A stretch of DNA of 64,000 bases from an uncultured candidate division Zixibacteria bacterium (GCA_963668625.2 CAXXKA010000006.1:512001-576000); one strand, 5' to 3'; shown: positions 20,848 through 30,841, numbered from the stretch's first letter. The notes: generated by a model from the letters alone, not told the origin. Program-made: numbers and translations.

Positions 20848-21846
20848 ATGAATATCGAACATAAGATTGTCAAAGTACATATGAAGGAGACGTTCAGGAT
20901 TGCCCATGGCGCCTCCGATGATAAAGACCTCGTGATAGTCAATATCGAGGGCGGTCTGGGTGAGGCCTCGCCGGTTCATTACTACGGCGAATCGGTTGAC
21001 ACTATCACCAGTTTCGTGAAAAAGGCCGGCGATGTCATCGGTGATGATATTTTCAAGCTTGAGGATATCGTTGATAATCTTAGCAACATGATGGCTTACA
21101 ACACCGCCGCCAAGGCTGCCATAGACATGGCTCTTCATGATGCGGTTGGTAAGAAGTTGGGAATCCCGGTCTACAAGATGCTGGGAATTACGCCGCGTGA
21201 TGATATCCCTACCTCGTATACGATCTCGATAAATACACCCGATAAGGTGAAAAAGCAAACCGAGGCCAATCCCGGTTACCAGATATACAAGCTGAAAGTG
21301 GGAGTGCCTGGCGATATCGATATGGTCGCAGCCGTGCGGGATGTTACCGATGCCCGTATCCGTGTGGATGCCAATGAGGGTTGGACGCTGAAAGAGGCTA
21401 TCCAGAAAATGAAGCATCTGGAGAAATACGATGTCGAGTTCATAGAGCAACCGTTGCATCGTCTCGATTTCGAGGGGATGCGCATACTCCGCGCGAAATC
21501 GAACCTGCCTATTATCGCAGATGAGGGCATTTTCAATGCGGCAAGCATCCCGATATACAAAGACCTGGTTGACGGCGTTAATATCAAGCTGCAGAAATCA
21601 GGAGGTATCCGCGAGGCATTCAAGATGGTGGCCGTTGCTCGGGCGTTCAAGCTTAAGGTGATGATCGGCTGTATGGTGGAAAGCTCGGTCGGTATCTCGG
21701 CCGCCGCCCAGATAGCGCCGCTGGTGGATTATGTCGATCTCGATGGTAATTTGCTTATCGGTGATGATCCCTACGATGGCATTGGCGCGGTAAACGGCGT
21801 GCTTAAATATAACGATCGCCCCGGTATCGGCGTAGTGGAAAAATAA
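20848..21846 (+). CDS. L-Ala-D/L-Glu epimerase (enolase superfamily dipeptide epimerase)
   Basis: FRIAHG, KLKVG, DANEGW, EQP, IADE, NIKLQKSGG, GCMVES, DLDG. Confidence 0.92.
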   Translation: MNIEHKIVKVHMKETFRIAHGASDDKDLVIVNIEGGLGEASPVHYYGESVDTITSFVKKAGDVIGDDIFKLEDIVDNLSNMMAYNTAAKAAIDMALHDAVGKKLGIPVYKMLGITPRDDIPTSYTISINTPDKVKKQTEANPGYQIYKLKVGVPGDIDMVAAVRDVTDARIRVDANEGWTLKEAIQKMKHLEKYDVEFIEQPLHRLDFEGMRILRAKSNLPIIADEGIFNAASIPIYKDLVDGVNIKLQKSGGIREAFKMVAVARAFKLKVMIGCMVESSVGISAAAQIAPLVDYVDLDGNLLIGDDPYDGIGAVNGVLKYNDRPGIGVVEK

Positions 21847-21848
21847 TA

Positions 21849-23636
21849 ATGTATCGAATAATATTTATCATACTTGTTTTATCATCTATATGCTACGCTC
21901 AAAATCATATCGAGGTTGTTTATCCCAAAGATGGCCGGCAAATTGCGGCGGTCGATTCGACATTTATTTTCGGTAATACTAATCCCAAAGCTAAACTCAC
22001 TATCAACGGCTATCGGGTTGAGGTGCATAAAAGCGGCGGATTCCTGGCGTTCCTGCCCGTAAATCGAGGTGAATTCGAGTTCGAGTTGATATCAGATTAT
22101 AAAGGCGAGATAGCTATCTGCCATACCCGGGTGCATATAGGTAACGGTTTCAGTGAATCGGACAGTGGCCTAATCGATCACAGCTCTGTATCACCCTTGG
22201 GAGAAACTATTCTCTTGCGTGATGATGTTTTAGAATTCAGTATCCGGGCAAAATCCGGGCTCAACCTGTATTGCTTTTTCGAGAGTGATTCTATTTGGAC
22301 AAGAATGTACGGACAAAACAACGGACAATTGAGTTCGGTGTTCGGCGAGGTGGCTGATTTTCATAATAACGGTGGCATTGATACTTATACGGGCTACTTG
22401 TCGATAAGCTCTATTCCCGACTCCTCGAAAGTGTATTATATGTACGATAGCGAGGTTTACGATACCACCGGCGAGCTTGAATACACCGAATTCGAGATTT
22501 TCGAGACCGAGTATTATGTTAAAGCCTTAGATGAGCTTCCGTATCGCACGTTGGCGCTAACCGGTCGGCCTCATATAATCCGCGTTGGCGCGGGAAAGGG
22601 GAACAGGATGGTGAATTTGCCGGAGGGCGTGAGATTCCTTTATAGCGGCGAGACACCCGCGTATTACAGGGTGCGATTAGCTGATGCCGTAAGCGGCTAT
22701 ATTCGCAAATCCGATGCCAAGATGCAGCCGGAGGGTACGCCCGTACCGGAGGGCGAGGTTGCGTTTGTTACACTGGATAATTACGATGATCATATTCTGC
22801 TAAAAATGAAAACTGGCGATATGCTACCGTATGAGATTCACACCGATGGCAATATCATGACAATAGATTTCTACTACCTGATATCCGATACAGACTGGAT
22901 TCGTTTCAACGATAACTCGCAGGAGTACATCGAATCGATCTGGTGGAGCCAGCCTGTCGATGGTGTCTACCGTCTGCATTTAAAGTGGTGTGATTCGCAT
23001 TTCTGGGGTTATGCTCCGGGTTATGATAATAATACGTTTACATTGAGGCTTCAAAAGAATCTGGCTTCGCAATCTGTTTTCAACTCGCCTGTTAAGGGGG
23101 TGCGTATAGTACTCGATCCGGGGCACTCGCATGATAACGGCGCGGTCGGACCAACCGGACTGACCGAGAAAAACGCTAATTTATGGCTAGCTTACGAGCT
23201 GCGAAGAATCCTTCAGGATAAAGGCGCTGAGGTGTTGATGACCCGTATGGGCCATGAGCATCTGGGGATTTACGACAGGGTAGACAGCGCTAATGTATGG
23301 GATGCCGACCTCTTGATCAGCATACATAATAATGCTCTGCCTGATGGTATCAATCCATACGAGCATAACGGTACCTCGACATTTTACTATTTCAATCAGG
23401 CGCGGCCGCTGGCGCAGGCGATTCATCGAAATATGATCAAAGCAACCGGTCTGCCTGATCATGGATTATACTATGGCAATCTGGCTTTATGCCGGGTGAC
23501 CGAATGCCCTTCTGTATTAGTTGAGTGCGCTTTTATGATGATACCCGAACAGGAAGCGGCGCTCAAAACCGATAAGTTCCAGCGTAAATGCGCTAAGGCG
23601 ATTTATAAAGGGATATGTGAATATCTGCGGCCGTGA
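21849..23636 (+). CDS. N-acetylmuramoyl-L-alanine amidase (Amidase_3) with long N-terminal extension
   Basis: Signal peptide; C-terminal LDPGH..EK..LISIHNNA..SVLVE zinc-amidase motifs. Confidence 0.9.
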   Translation: MYRIIFIILVLSSICYAQNHIEVVYPKDGRQIAAVDSTFIFGNTNPKAKLTINGYRVEVHKSGGFLAFLPVNRGEFEFELISDYKGEIAICHTRVHIGNGFSESDSGLIDHSSVSPLGETILLRDDVLEFSIRAKSGLNLYCFFESDSIWTRMYGQNNGQLSSVFGEVADFHNNGGIDTYTGYLSISSIPDSSKVYYMYDSEVYDTTGELEYTEFEIFETEYYVKALDELPYRTLALTGRPHIIRVGAGKGNRMVNLPEGVRFLYSGETPAYYRVRLADAVSGYIRKSDAKMQPEGTPVPEGEVAFVTLDNYDDHILLKMKTGDMLPYEIHTDGNIMTIDFYYLISDTDWIRFNDNSQEYIESIWWSQPVDGVYRLHLKWCDSHFWGYAPGYDNNTFTLRLQKNLASQSVFNSPVKGVRIVLDPGHSHDNGAVGPTGLTEKNANLWLAYELRRILQDKGAEVLMTRMGHEHLGIYDRVDSANVWDADLLISIHNNALPDGINPYEHNGTSTFYYFNQARPLAQAIHRNMIKATGLPDHGLYYGNLALCRVTECPSVLVECAFMMIPEQEAALKTDKFQRKCAKAIYKGICEYLRP

Positions 23637-23666
23637 TTATTTTATTATCAATTGGAAATATCTCCT

Positions 23667-24230
23667 ATGGGCATTTTAATTCAAAACGATAGCATTATCA
23701 TTCGTGAGTATCTGCAATCTGATGTTGAGACCTACACGCGCTGGATGATATCAGAACGGTGGCGCAAAACAGATGGCCCCTAGCACAAGAATGATGATGA
23801 GACTCCTGATATAGATGAGATACGCCGTAGTTTCCTTGATATTTGCAGCACCGAGCAACCGACGCCTGTACGAAAAGCACTGATAGCAACCTCTGAAAAT
23901 AAGCTGATCGGGAGGTTGAGTCGCTACCCGCATAACGGCTCGGAGGATGCCTGGTTGATCGGCATCGCTATTTGTGAGGATAGTTATCTCGGCAAAGGCT
24001 AAGGCGCTTCAATACTACGACTGTGGTCTGATTATCTGTTTGCTAACTCTGGGGTACATCGCCTGGGGCTGGAGACCTGGTCGTTCAACAAACCGATGAT
24101 TAGAGTGGCCGAGAAAGCAGGTTACAAGCTCGAGGGGATATAACGAGAGGTGCGCAATTGGGAAGGGAAGTGGCTGGATTTGTATCATTATGGTTTGATG
24201 CGGGAGAGTTAGCGGAAGCTTACGCTATAG
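23667..24230 (+). pseudogene. RimJ/RimL-type GNAT acetyltransferase pseudogene (4 in-frame stops, no frameshift)
   Basis: A single frame from ATG 23667 reads ..WRKTDGP*..IGIAICEDSYLGKG*G..HRLGLETWSFNKPMIRVAEKAGYKLEGI*REVR..YGLMRES*. Stops at 23781 (TAG), 24000 (TAA), 24141 (TAA), 24210 (TAG). Confidence 0.85.
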
Positions 24231-24290
24231 CTAATTGATTGAGTATGTACTATTTCTTAGTATAAGATTGTATATATGATCTAAGTTATA

Positions 24291-25058
24291 TTAATTGTTT
24301 TTATAATAGTCATAGTAATCATCTATACCTTTGGGGAGTACAGGATGTGAAGTTTCCAAGAGTCCTATTGGAGTGGATATTTTAATATTTAGATATGGCA
24401 TAATTAAAAATAGGTTCCCTACTACAATAGGTACTAAAAATAGCCAGTTATTAAATCCACATATGTAAATATAAATACTTGATAACCATAAAACTATAAA
24501 TTGAATGATAAAAGCTACTTTAATATATTTAGGTATAATTTTACTTATGTTTAATTTGTAATTTTTGTCTTTTTCTTTGATTTCCTTTTTAGGGGATGTG
24601 ATCAATGAAATTAAGTTTGAAAACAGGTTTTCATAATTTTGACGAGCATTCCCATATGGATTTCCTGTTAAAAGGTCATATCTATAAGCTTGTTCGATAG
24701 CAATTAAAGAATCCGCAGTTTTTCCCATTCTGCTAAGTACCACAGCTAAATTATTCCAAGGTGTTCCGACTGGTGGTATCCCATTATAAGGATCTTTATA
24801 AGCTACTTCGTGCGCAATTTGAAGTAGAGCTTCCCATAATTTCTTTGATTCATCAAGTCTGTTATTTTCTAATAAATATAGTCCTATCCAATTCCAGGGT
24901 CTTACATTAGGTTTTCCCGTTTCATCACTAGCTAAATTTATTCCACTTTCTTTTGGTGGTTTACGAGTTAATTCTTTAAGATGCTTAATTATAGAATCAA
25001 TCGATTTGCCACCTTGATATCTTCTTATTATGTTTCTTGCTAAATCATCTCCGGACAC
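24291..25058 (-). CDS. Low-GC orphan protein with TPR-like helices and two C-terminal TM segments
   Basis: PWNWIGLYL and PWNNLAVVLSRMG TPR-like motifs; hydrophobic C-terminus; AAGGAG RBS before GTG; very AT-rich. Confidence 0.7.
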   Translation of the reverse strand: MSGDDLARNIIRRYQGGKSIDSIIKHLKELTRKPPKESGINLASDETGKPNVRPWNWIGLYLLENNRLDESKKLWEALLQIAHEVAYKDPYNGIPPVGTPWNNLAVVLSRMGKTADSLIAIEQAYRYDLLTGNPYGNARQNYENLFSNLISLITSPKKEIKEKDKNYKLNISKIIPKYIKVAFIIQFIVLWLSSIYIYICGFNNWLFLVPIVVGNLFLIMPYLNIKISTPIGLLETSHPVLPKGIDDYYDYYKNN

Positions 25059-25080
25059 TTTAAGCTCCTTTTTAAACTAT

Positions 25081-25899
25081 TTACCCTTTCACCGCGCCGG
25101 CGGTTATGCCCTCAGTAATTTGTCTCTGGAAGAATAAAAATACTATAATCACCGGCAACGCTGCGATTGTCGAACCGGCCATAAGCTGTCCTAAATTAAT
25201 TTGCTGCAAGCCCTGTATCATCGCCAGACCAACAGGCAATGTATATAGCTTGGGGGAGGATACCAGTATAAACGGGTAGAGAAAAGAGTTCCAGCTTGTC
25301 AGGAACACCTGCACCGCTAGCACTGCTATAGCGGGTTTGCAAAGCGGCATAACTATCCGGAACAGAATCGTGAACTCGCCCGCGCCATCGATACGAGCCG
25401 CTTGCTCGCACTCATCGGGGAGATTCGAGATATACTGTTTCATGAGGAAGACCCCCAGTGGATTAACCAGCCAGGGGAGTATCAACGCCCAGTAGGTGTT
25501 GTGAAGACCAAGTTTGCTTATCAGTATGTACACCGGTATGATAACTACATGTTGGGGGATCATCAAAACGGCGGTGGCCGCTATAAATAGAAACTTATTG
25601 CCGATGAATTTCTTGCGAGCCAGTGCATAGCCCACCATCAAACAGAAAACCATATTGCCTGCAGTAACGACTGTCGAAACTAAAATGCTGTTTAGCACGA
25701 ACCGGGTGATACCGCCGTGCGAGAATATATCGAAATAATTCCCTAACGTGAAAACGCCGCTGAGCAATCCTGTCATGCTGCCGGCGAACTCTATCTCTTT
25801 GAATGAGGTGATAATCATATAGATAAGAGGGAATAACATTCCGATCATCACGACGGATAACACCACACTCAGCATTATTTTAGTTGTTCTGGTTCTCAT
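25081..25899 (-). CDS. Carbohydrate ABC transporter permease (CUT1, MalG-like)
   Basis: EQAARIDGAG EAA motif, WNSFLYP, FFQRQITEG..GAVKG. Confidence 0.93.
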   Translation of the reverse strand: MRTRTTKIMLSVVLSVVMIGMLFPLIYMIITSFKEIEFAGSMTGLLSGVFTLGNYFDIFSHGGITRFVLNSILVSTVVTAGNMVFCLMVGYALARKKFIGNKFLFIAATAVLMIPQHVVIIPVYILISKLGLHNTYWALILPWLVNPLGVFLMKQYISNLPDECEQAARIDGAGEFTILFRIVMPLCKPAIAVLAVQVFLTSWNSFLYPFILVSSPKLYTLPVGLAMIQGLQQINLGQLMAGSTIAALPVIIVFLFFQRQITEGITAGAVKG

Positions 25900-26756
25900 A
25901 CGGCGTTCTTTCTCGATACTAATTTCATCTGCAGCAACGAGAATAGCAATATTATCACGAATAGAATATATGCCGCCGCCGAGGCGTAACCGATATTGAA
26001 TTTCTGTAAGCCCTCATCGAATACGAAATAGACGACAGTCGAGGTCGAACCCAGCGGGCCGCCGCGTGTCATCACGTATATCTCGATAAAGACCTGGAAT
26101 GAGCGGATGGTGTTGATCACCAGTATGAATAAAAGCATCGGAGTTATTTGCGGCAGTGTCACGAGAATCAGCCTTCGCCAGAAACCCGCGCCATCGAGTT
26201 TAGCGGCCTCGTGTATCTCCTCGGGTATGCTTTTTATGCCGGCCAGAAACAGCAGCACATAATAACCGATAGCAACCCAGACATCCATGAGCATAATGGA
26301 TACCAGCGCGGTACCGGTAGAAAACAGGTATCCGTTTTCGGGTGGGTCGAGCCCGATCATGTCGCCTAGCAAATACAGGTAGCCGTTTTTGGCGTAAAGC
26401 GAGGTGAATATCAGGGCTATCACCACCATTGAGGTAATGGAGGGGATGAAATAACCGGCCTGAAATATCCTGTGTCCGGGTACTTTTTCGGAAATCAGAA
26501 ACGCCAGTACCAATGCTATTACCGTAGTGAATGGGATAGTGCCGAATACGAATACCGAGGTATTAATAAGCGCCTGTATGAACGAACTATCACTAAACAG
26601 CTTTATGAAATTATCGAATCCTACGAATGAAAACGAGCCGAATATCGTGTAGTCGGTGAATGCCAGGAACAGCGAATAACATACGGGAAACGCCCAGAAT
26701 ATCAAAAGGGTCAGTGCCCAGGGGGAAACCAGTATGGCGGTATTCGGACTTTTCAA
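25896..26756 (-). CDS. Carbohydrate ABC transporter permease (MalF-like)
   Basis: FVGFDNF, IPEEIHEAAKLDGA, MTRGGP, GYASA. Confidence 0.93.
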   Translation of the reverse strand: MKSPNTAILVSPWALTLLIFWAFPVCYSLFLAFTDYTIFGSFSFVGFDNFIKLFSDSSFIQALINTSVFVFGTIPFTTVIALVLAFLISEKVPGHRIFQAGYFIPSITSMVVIALIFTSLYAKNGYLYLLGDMIGLDPPENGYLFSTGTALVSIMLMDVWVAIGYYVLLFLAGIKSIPEEIHEAAKLDGAGFWRRLILVTLPQITPMLLFILVINTIRSFQVFIEIYVMTRGGPLGSTSTVVYFVFDEGLQKFNIGYASAAAYILFVIILLFSLLQMKLVSRKNAV

Positions 26757-27931
26757 TATTTCAGGGTCTCATCGATTTTATGCTGGGCGTCTTTGATTGC
26801 CTGTTCGGGGGTACTTTCTCCCAGCGTAACACTTTCAACCATCTGCTCGATTATTGCTTCGACATAAATCCATCTCGGATGAACCGGCGTGGAGCGCGAA
26901 TTATGCAATTGTTCGAATAGCATGTGTCGTTTCTCGGAAAGCTCCGGCCTCACTCTGGTTTTGTACGGCCCGAAACCGAAACCGACCGAATCGCACAAAG
27001 CAGCTAAATTCGCGGGTCTCAGGATAATATCTATTAATTTACGAGCGGCCTCTTTTTTCGATGATTTATATGGTATCACCAGATACTCGCCACCGGAAAA
27101 CGATAATCCGCGTGATTCGGCGTTTTCGGGAAGCATCGGAACCATGGCATACTCGAAATCGACCTGATCGCTTTCAAGTCGTTTGATAAACCAACCACCC
27201 GAGATAACAAAACCAAGCTTGCCCTCCAGGAAACTGTCCTCAAGGAAGCGTTGTTTTTCGATATGCGAGTACTCGGTCAGACTTCGGTAGAATTTCAGCG
27301 CTTTTAAAACCTCGGGATTGTCCAAATTAATTTTGCTATCTTCGATAATATCGCCGCCGCAGCTCCAGACAAACGGCAGGAATTTCTTGTACAGACGATG
27401 AGGTTCGGCCGAGTTTGCGCCGAAACCGGAGATCAATGGATCGAGGTTATCGATAGCCTTGCAGGCCTCGAGCATGCTTTGCCAATCGGTGGGGATATTA
27501 ACGCCCGCTCGATCGAGTAGTGTTTTGTTAAAATACAAAATACGCGAGGCTAAAAACCAGGGATGTGCATAAACCTCATCCTCGAACGTACCCGGCTCGG
27601 TCAGTAAAAATTGCGAGGTATCAAGCTCGATAGGGGAGAGCGCGTTACCGGCGGCGAACTCGGCGATCCAGTCTGAGCCAAGCTCCAGCAGGTCGGGCGG
27701 GTTGCCCGCGCCGAATGCCACTATTATTTTTTGATGACCATCCGACCAGGTTAAATCGGTTACGTTAACAGTCCAGCCGGGATTTTCCTGTTCGAACTGC
27801 TCGACTATCGATTCGATGACCGGTTTGGCTTTCGGGTCCGTCCAGAACTGCCAGAACTCCAGAGTTTGGTCTTGACTTCCGCCACCACAGGCGAGAAGTA
27901 TTGTTGCAAAAAGTAATATTGTTTTTTTCAT
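26753..27931 (-). CDS. Sugar ABC transporter substrate-binding lipoprotein
   Basis: Lipobox LLA-C; FEQENPG, PPDL, LYFNK, FLEGK, SFSGG motifs of SBP family 1. Confidence 0.9.
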   Translation of the reverse strand: MKKTILLFATILLACGGGSQDQTLEFWQFWTDPKAKPVIESIVEQFEQENPGWTVNVTDLTWSDGHQKIIVAFGAGNPPDLLELGSDWIAEFAAGNALSPIELDTSQFLLTEPGTFEDEVYAHPWFLASRILYFNKTLLDRAGVNIPTDWQSMLEACKAIDNLDPLISGFGANSAEPHRLYKKFLPFVWSCGGDIIEDSKINLDNPEVLKALKFYRSLTEYSHIEKQRFLEDSFLEGKLGFVISGGWFIKRLESDQVDFEYAMVPMLPENAESRGLSFSGGEYLVIPYKSSKKEAARKLIDIILRPANLAALCDSVGFGFGPYKTRVRPELSEKRHMLFEQLHNSRSTPVHPRWIYVEAIIEQMVESVTLGESTPEQAIKDAQHKIDETLKY

Positions 27932-28105
27932 GTGGCGATTTTAGAATAGATACGCAGTTCAGTCAAGGAAAGATTCGTGGTTAGCTGGAAAGCGTACTAT
28001 AAGAATAGGGATGTATCGAGTACGCCTTTGGCAGATAGTGGAAACTAACGGAATCAACCTTGCCGCGTGATCAACCTGTCTCATCTCAGGTTTAGCCGTG
28101 AGGAT

Positions 28106-28200
28106 GTAGGGACAGCCACACCAGTGCTGTCCGGGGGGATGGGGAAAACAGGCTGCATATTCTAAGCGGAGACTCGGACAGATCAGTGATCTGTCCCTAA
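28106..28200. repeat. Inverted pair of REP-like palindromes (REPIN-like)
   Basis: GTAGGGACAGC..GCTGTCC at 28106-28132 and GGACAGATCA-G-TGATCTGTCCCTA at 28176-28199, in opposite orientation. Confidence 0.55.
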
Positions 28201-28230
28201 GTTAATCCCGCGAGGACAGGTAGTTTAATT

Positions 28231-28611
28231 TCATCGCTTATGCTCGGCTAATGATTTCCCGCCAAAACCGATCGAGTCGTCATCCGGTTCTATGAAATAT
28301 ATCACCGGCGCCCAATCGGGATTGCCTAGAGTCTCTGTCAGCGATTTCGTGAACGCTCGAATCATTTTACTTTTTTCGGATTTAGTGCGAGCAGGGATTA
28401 ACATCTTGAAATGAATATAGGGTTTGCCGGTCTTACCATCCCACAACTTACCGGCATTTGCCGACTCTGAGACATCGTATTCATAGAATCGAATACCGAA
28501 CGCCTCGACATCATAGTTGGCGTACTGTTCGAAATCCGAGGTAAGGCGGCCAACCAGTTTCTCTTTTTGATCCGGTGATAATTTTGGTATTGAAATTTCA
28601 AGGCAAGGCAT
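28231..28611 (-). CDS. Tautomerase superfamily protein (tandem beta-alpha-beta, N-terminal Pro)
   Basis: Starts M-P; two 4-OT-like halves (QKEKLVGRLT..IRFYE / EKSKMIRAFT..IYFIE..IGFGG). Confidence 0.75.
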   Translation of the reverse strand: MPCLEISIPKLSPDQKEKLVGRLTSDFEQYANYDVEAFGIRFYEYDVSESANAGKLWDGKTGKPYIHFKMLIPARTKSEKSKMIRAFTKSLTETLGNPDWAPVIYFIEPDDDSIGFGGKSLAEHKR

Positions 28612-28711
28612 TGATTTTTTCCTGGTTTTCTGTAGTTAATCCAATGAATAGTGTGTTTCATATATAAAGATTGCTTCGTCCCTCCGGTGCTCGCAGTGAC
28701 CGGTTGTTGAA

Positions 28712-29449
28712 TTAGCAGTGGCCTTCAAATGTCTCCAGTTTGAACTCGCCGTTTTCCAGCACCACGTAGGTGTTATGTGTCAGCCAGTCGCCGGTGTTTA
28801 TATATAAACCATCCTCTAGATATTTCATTTCCGGGTAATGCGTGTGTCCCACCATGACGACATCCGCGCCTTCTCTTATCTTGCGGGCGGCATAATCGTA
28901 ATATCCCTGGAGGTCTTTCGGTTTATTGGAGGTGTACTGACGGGAGGTATGCGAACTCTTGTTGGCGATTCGATAAGCCAGATCGACCGGCAATAACTTG
29001 TATAAAGATATCAGGAAACGATTACGAAACAGTTTCTTGATAAAACGGTAGCCGTGATCGCCATAGGCTAAACCATCCCCGTGATAGAAATGTATTTTCT
29101 TGCCTGAATGCTCCGCCTCGTAGGTGTCATCGCAAAGCTTTATACCTGCCTGACGTTCCAGATAATCCATCATCCAGAAATCATGATTGCCGGGCAGATA
29201 GAAAATCTTTACGCCGCTTTCGGAAAGATTGAGAAGAGTGGAGAGAGTTTTGAGATAACCGGCTGGGATCACATGTTCGTACTCCAGCCAGAAATCGAAG
29301 AGATCGCCAAGAATGTATAAGTGACTTGCCTTATCTTTGATACTATTGAGGAATTTAACGACTAATTTTTCAACATCCCCATTATTTAATGATAGATGAA
29401 CATCGGAGAGGAAATATATTGCGTTTTTGTTTGTATTACTATTAGACAT
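28712..29449 (-). CDS. lpxH: UDP-2,3-diacylglucosamine hydrolase (LpxH-like metallophosphoesterase)
   Basis: SDVH, GDLFDFW, GNHD, HGD, GHTH, NTGDW. Confidence 0.82.
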   Translation of the reverse strand: MSNSNTNKNAIYFLSDVHLSLNNGDVEKLVVKFLNSIKDKASHLYILGDLFDFWLEYEHVIPAGYLKTLSTLLNLSESGVKIFYLPGNHDFWMMDYLERQAGIKLCDDTYEAEHSGKKIHFYHGDGLAYGDHGYRFIKKLFRNRFLISLYKLLPVDLAYRIANKSSHTSRQYTSNKPKDLQGYYDYAARKIREGADVVMVGHTHYPEMKYLEDGLYINTGDWLTHNTYVVLENGEFKLETFEGHC

Positions 29450-29578
29450 ATTTACCGTGATCGTTTGTTTGACAACTTTCAACTGCGAAAGTATAATCCA
29501 TTTGGATTAAACTTTCAAGGCTTTCGAATCAATTTAAGGCCTTGAATCGTATAAAAGATACCGGGAGCGGGAGTAATT

Positions 29579-30841
29579 ATGGATAAATTTGTCGTGAGAG
29601 GCGGGACTAAATTAAGCGGTTCCGTAACTATATCAGGTTCAAAAAACGCGGCTTTGCCGATATTGGTAGCCGGATTATTAGTTGAAAAAGGCGAGACAGT
29701 TATCAGGAACGTGCCTGATTTGGCTGATATCAGTACCGTATTAAACCTGCTTAAGCACCTCGGTGTCGAATATCATTGGCATAAGGATGAAAATACCGTC
29801 ACTCTGGATGCCTCGAATTTGAAAAGCCATGAGGCGCCTTACGATCTGGTTCGTAAGATGAGAGCCTCGTTTTTAGTGATGGGGCCTCTCCTGGCCAGGT
29901 TTGGCAAAGCGAAAGTATCAATGCCCGGAGGCTGCGTGTTAGGGCCGAGGCCAATCGATTATCATTTGATGGCTTTCATGAGATTGGGAGCGCAGGTTAT
30001 AGATAAACAGGGTTATGTAACAGCTAAAGTTAGCTCTTTAAAAGGCGCTGATATATTTTTCGACAGACCATCCCATACCGGCACAGAAAACGTAATGATG
30101 GCCGCCTGCTTAGCGAAAGGCAAAACCACGATAATAAACGCCGCCTGCGATCCTGAGGTTGTTGATGTAGCCGAGTTCCTGAAAAAAGCCGGCGCGAAAA
30201 TCAGCGGTGCGGGCAGTACCGTGATCGAGATCGAGGGTGTGAAAAAACTCAGAGGCGTGGAATATTCGGTCATGCCCGACAGGTTGGAGGCAGGCACGTT
30301 TATCATGGCCGTTGGCGCTACAGGTGGTGAGATAAGGATCAAACCCAATTGTGATAATATACTGGGTATGGTAAATGCCAAGATGCGCGATGCCGGCCTG
30401 AGTTTCAAATCCGGTAAGACCGGAACGACTGTCAGTTCCAACGGTAAACTGAAAGCTATCGATTTCACAACCTTCCCGTTTCCGGGATTTCCCACCGATT
30501 TACAGGCATCAGCAATGGCGATGTGCTGCCTGGGGGAGGGGACATCACATATAAAAGAAACTGTATTTACCGATAGATTCACTCATGTAATGGAATTAGT
30601 CCGCCTGGGCGCCGATATAAGAATAGCCGGTCAGGAGGCAATCGTTACCGGTGTCAAGGAATTACGCGGAGCGTCAATTATGGCCTCTGATATCAGGGCG
30701 GGAGCAGGTCTGGTCGTGGCCGCATTAGCAGCCCGGGGTGAGTCGGAGATACTGAGGATTTATCATATCGACCGGGGTTATGAGGCAATAGAGTTGAAGC
30801 TACAAGCCCTTAACGCCGATATAGTTAGACAAAAGGTTTAA
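29579..30841 (+). CDS. murA: UDP-N-acetylglucosamine 1-carboxyvinyltransferase
   Basis: SGSKNAALP, MRAS, PGGC..GPRP (catalytic Cys), PGFPTDLQ, DIRAGA, HIDRGY. Confidence 0.97.
   Translation: MDKFVVRGGTKLSGSVTISGSKNAALPILVAGLLVEKGETVIRNVPDLADISTVLNLLKHLGVEYHWHKDENTVTLDASNLKSHEAPYDLVRKMRASFLVMGPLLARFGKAKVSMPGGCVLGPRPIDYHLMAFMRLGAQVIDKQGYVTAKVSSLKGADIFFDRPSHTGTENVMMAACLAKGKTTIINAACDPEVVDVAEFLKKAGAKISGAGSTVIEIEGVKKLRGVEYSVMPDRLEAGTFIMAVGATGGEIRIKPNCDNILGMVNAKMRDAGLSFKSGKTGTTVSSNGKLKAIDFTTFPFPGFPTDLQASAMAMCCLGEGTSHIKETVFTDRFTHVMELVRLGADIRIAGQEAIVTGVKELRGASIMASDIRAGAGLVVAALAARGESEILRIYHIDRGYEAIELKLQALNADIVRQKV

Noticed and set aside
20767-21459. Long antisense ORFs (e.g. 20767..21459, 10823..11482, 59586..60191, 35871..36461)
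   Set aside because: They are shadows of well-supported sense-strand genes and have no motifs of their own.
23667-24230. Stop-codon reassignment or pyrrolysine as the explanation for the GNAT in-frame stops
   Set aside because: The stops are a mix of TAA and TAG, and both codons terminate normal genes throughout the window. Decay is simpler.
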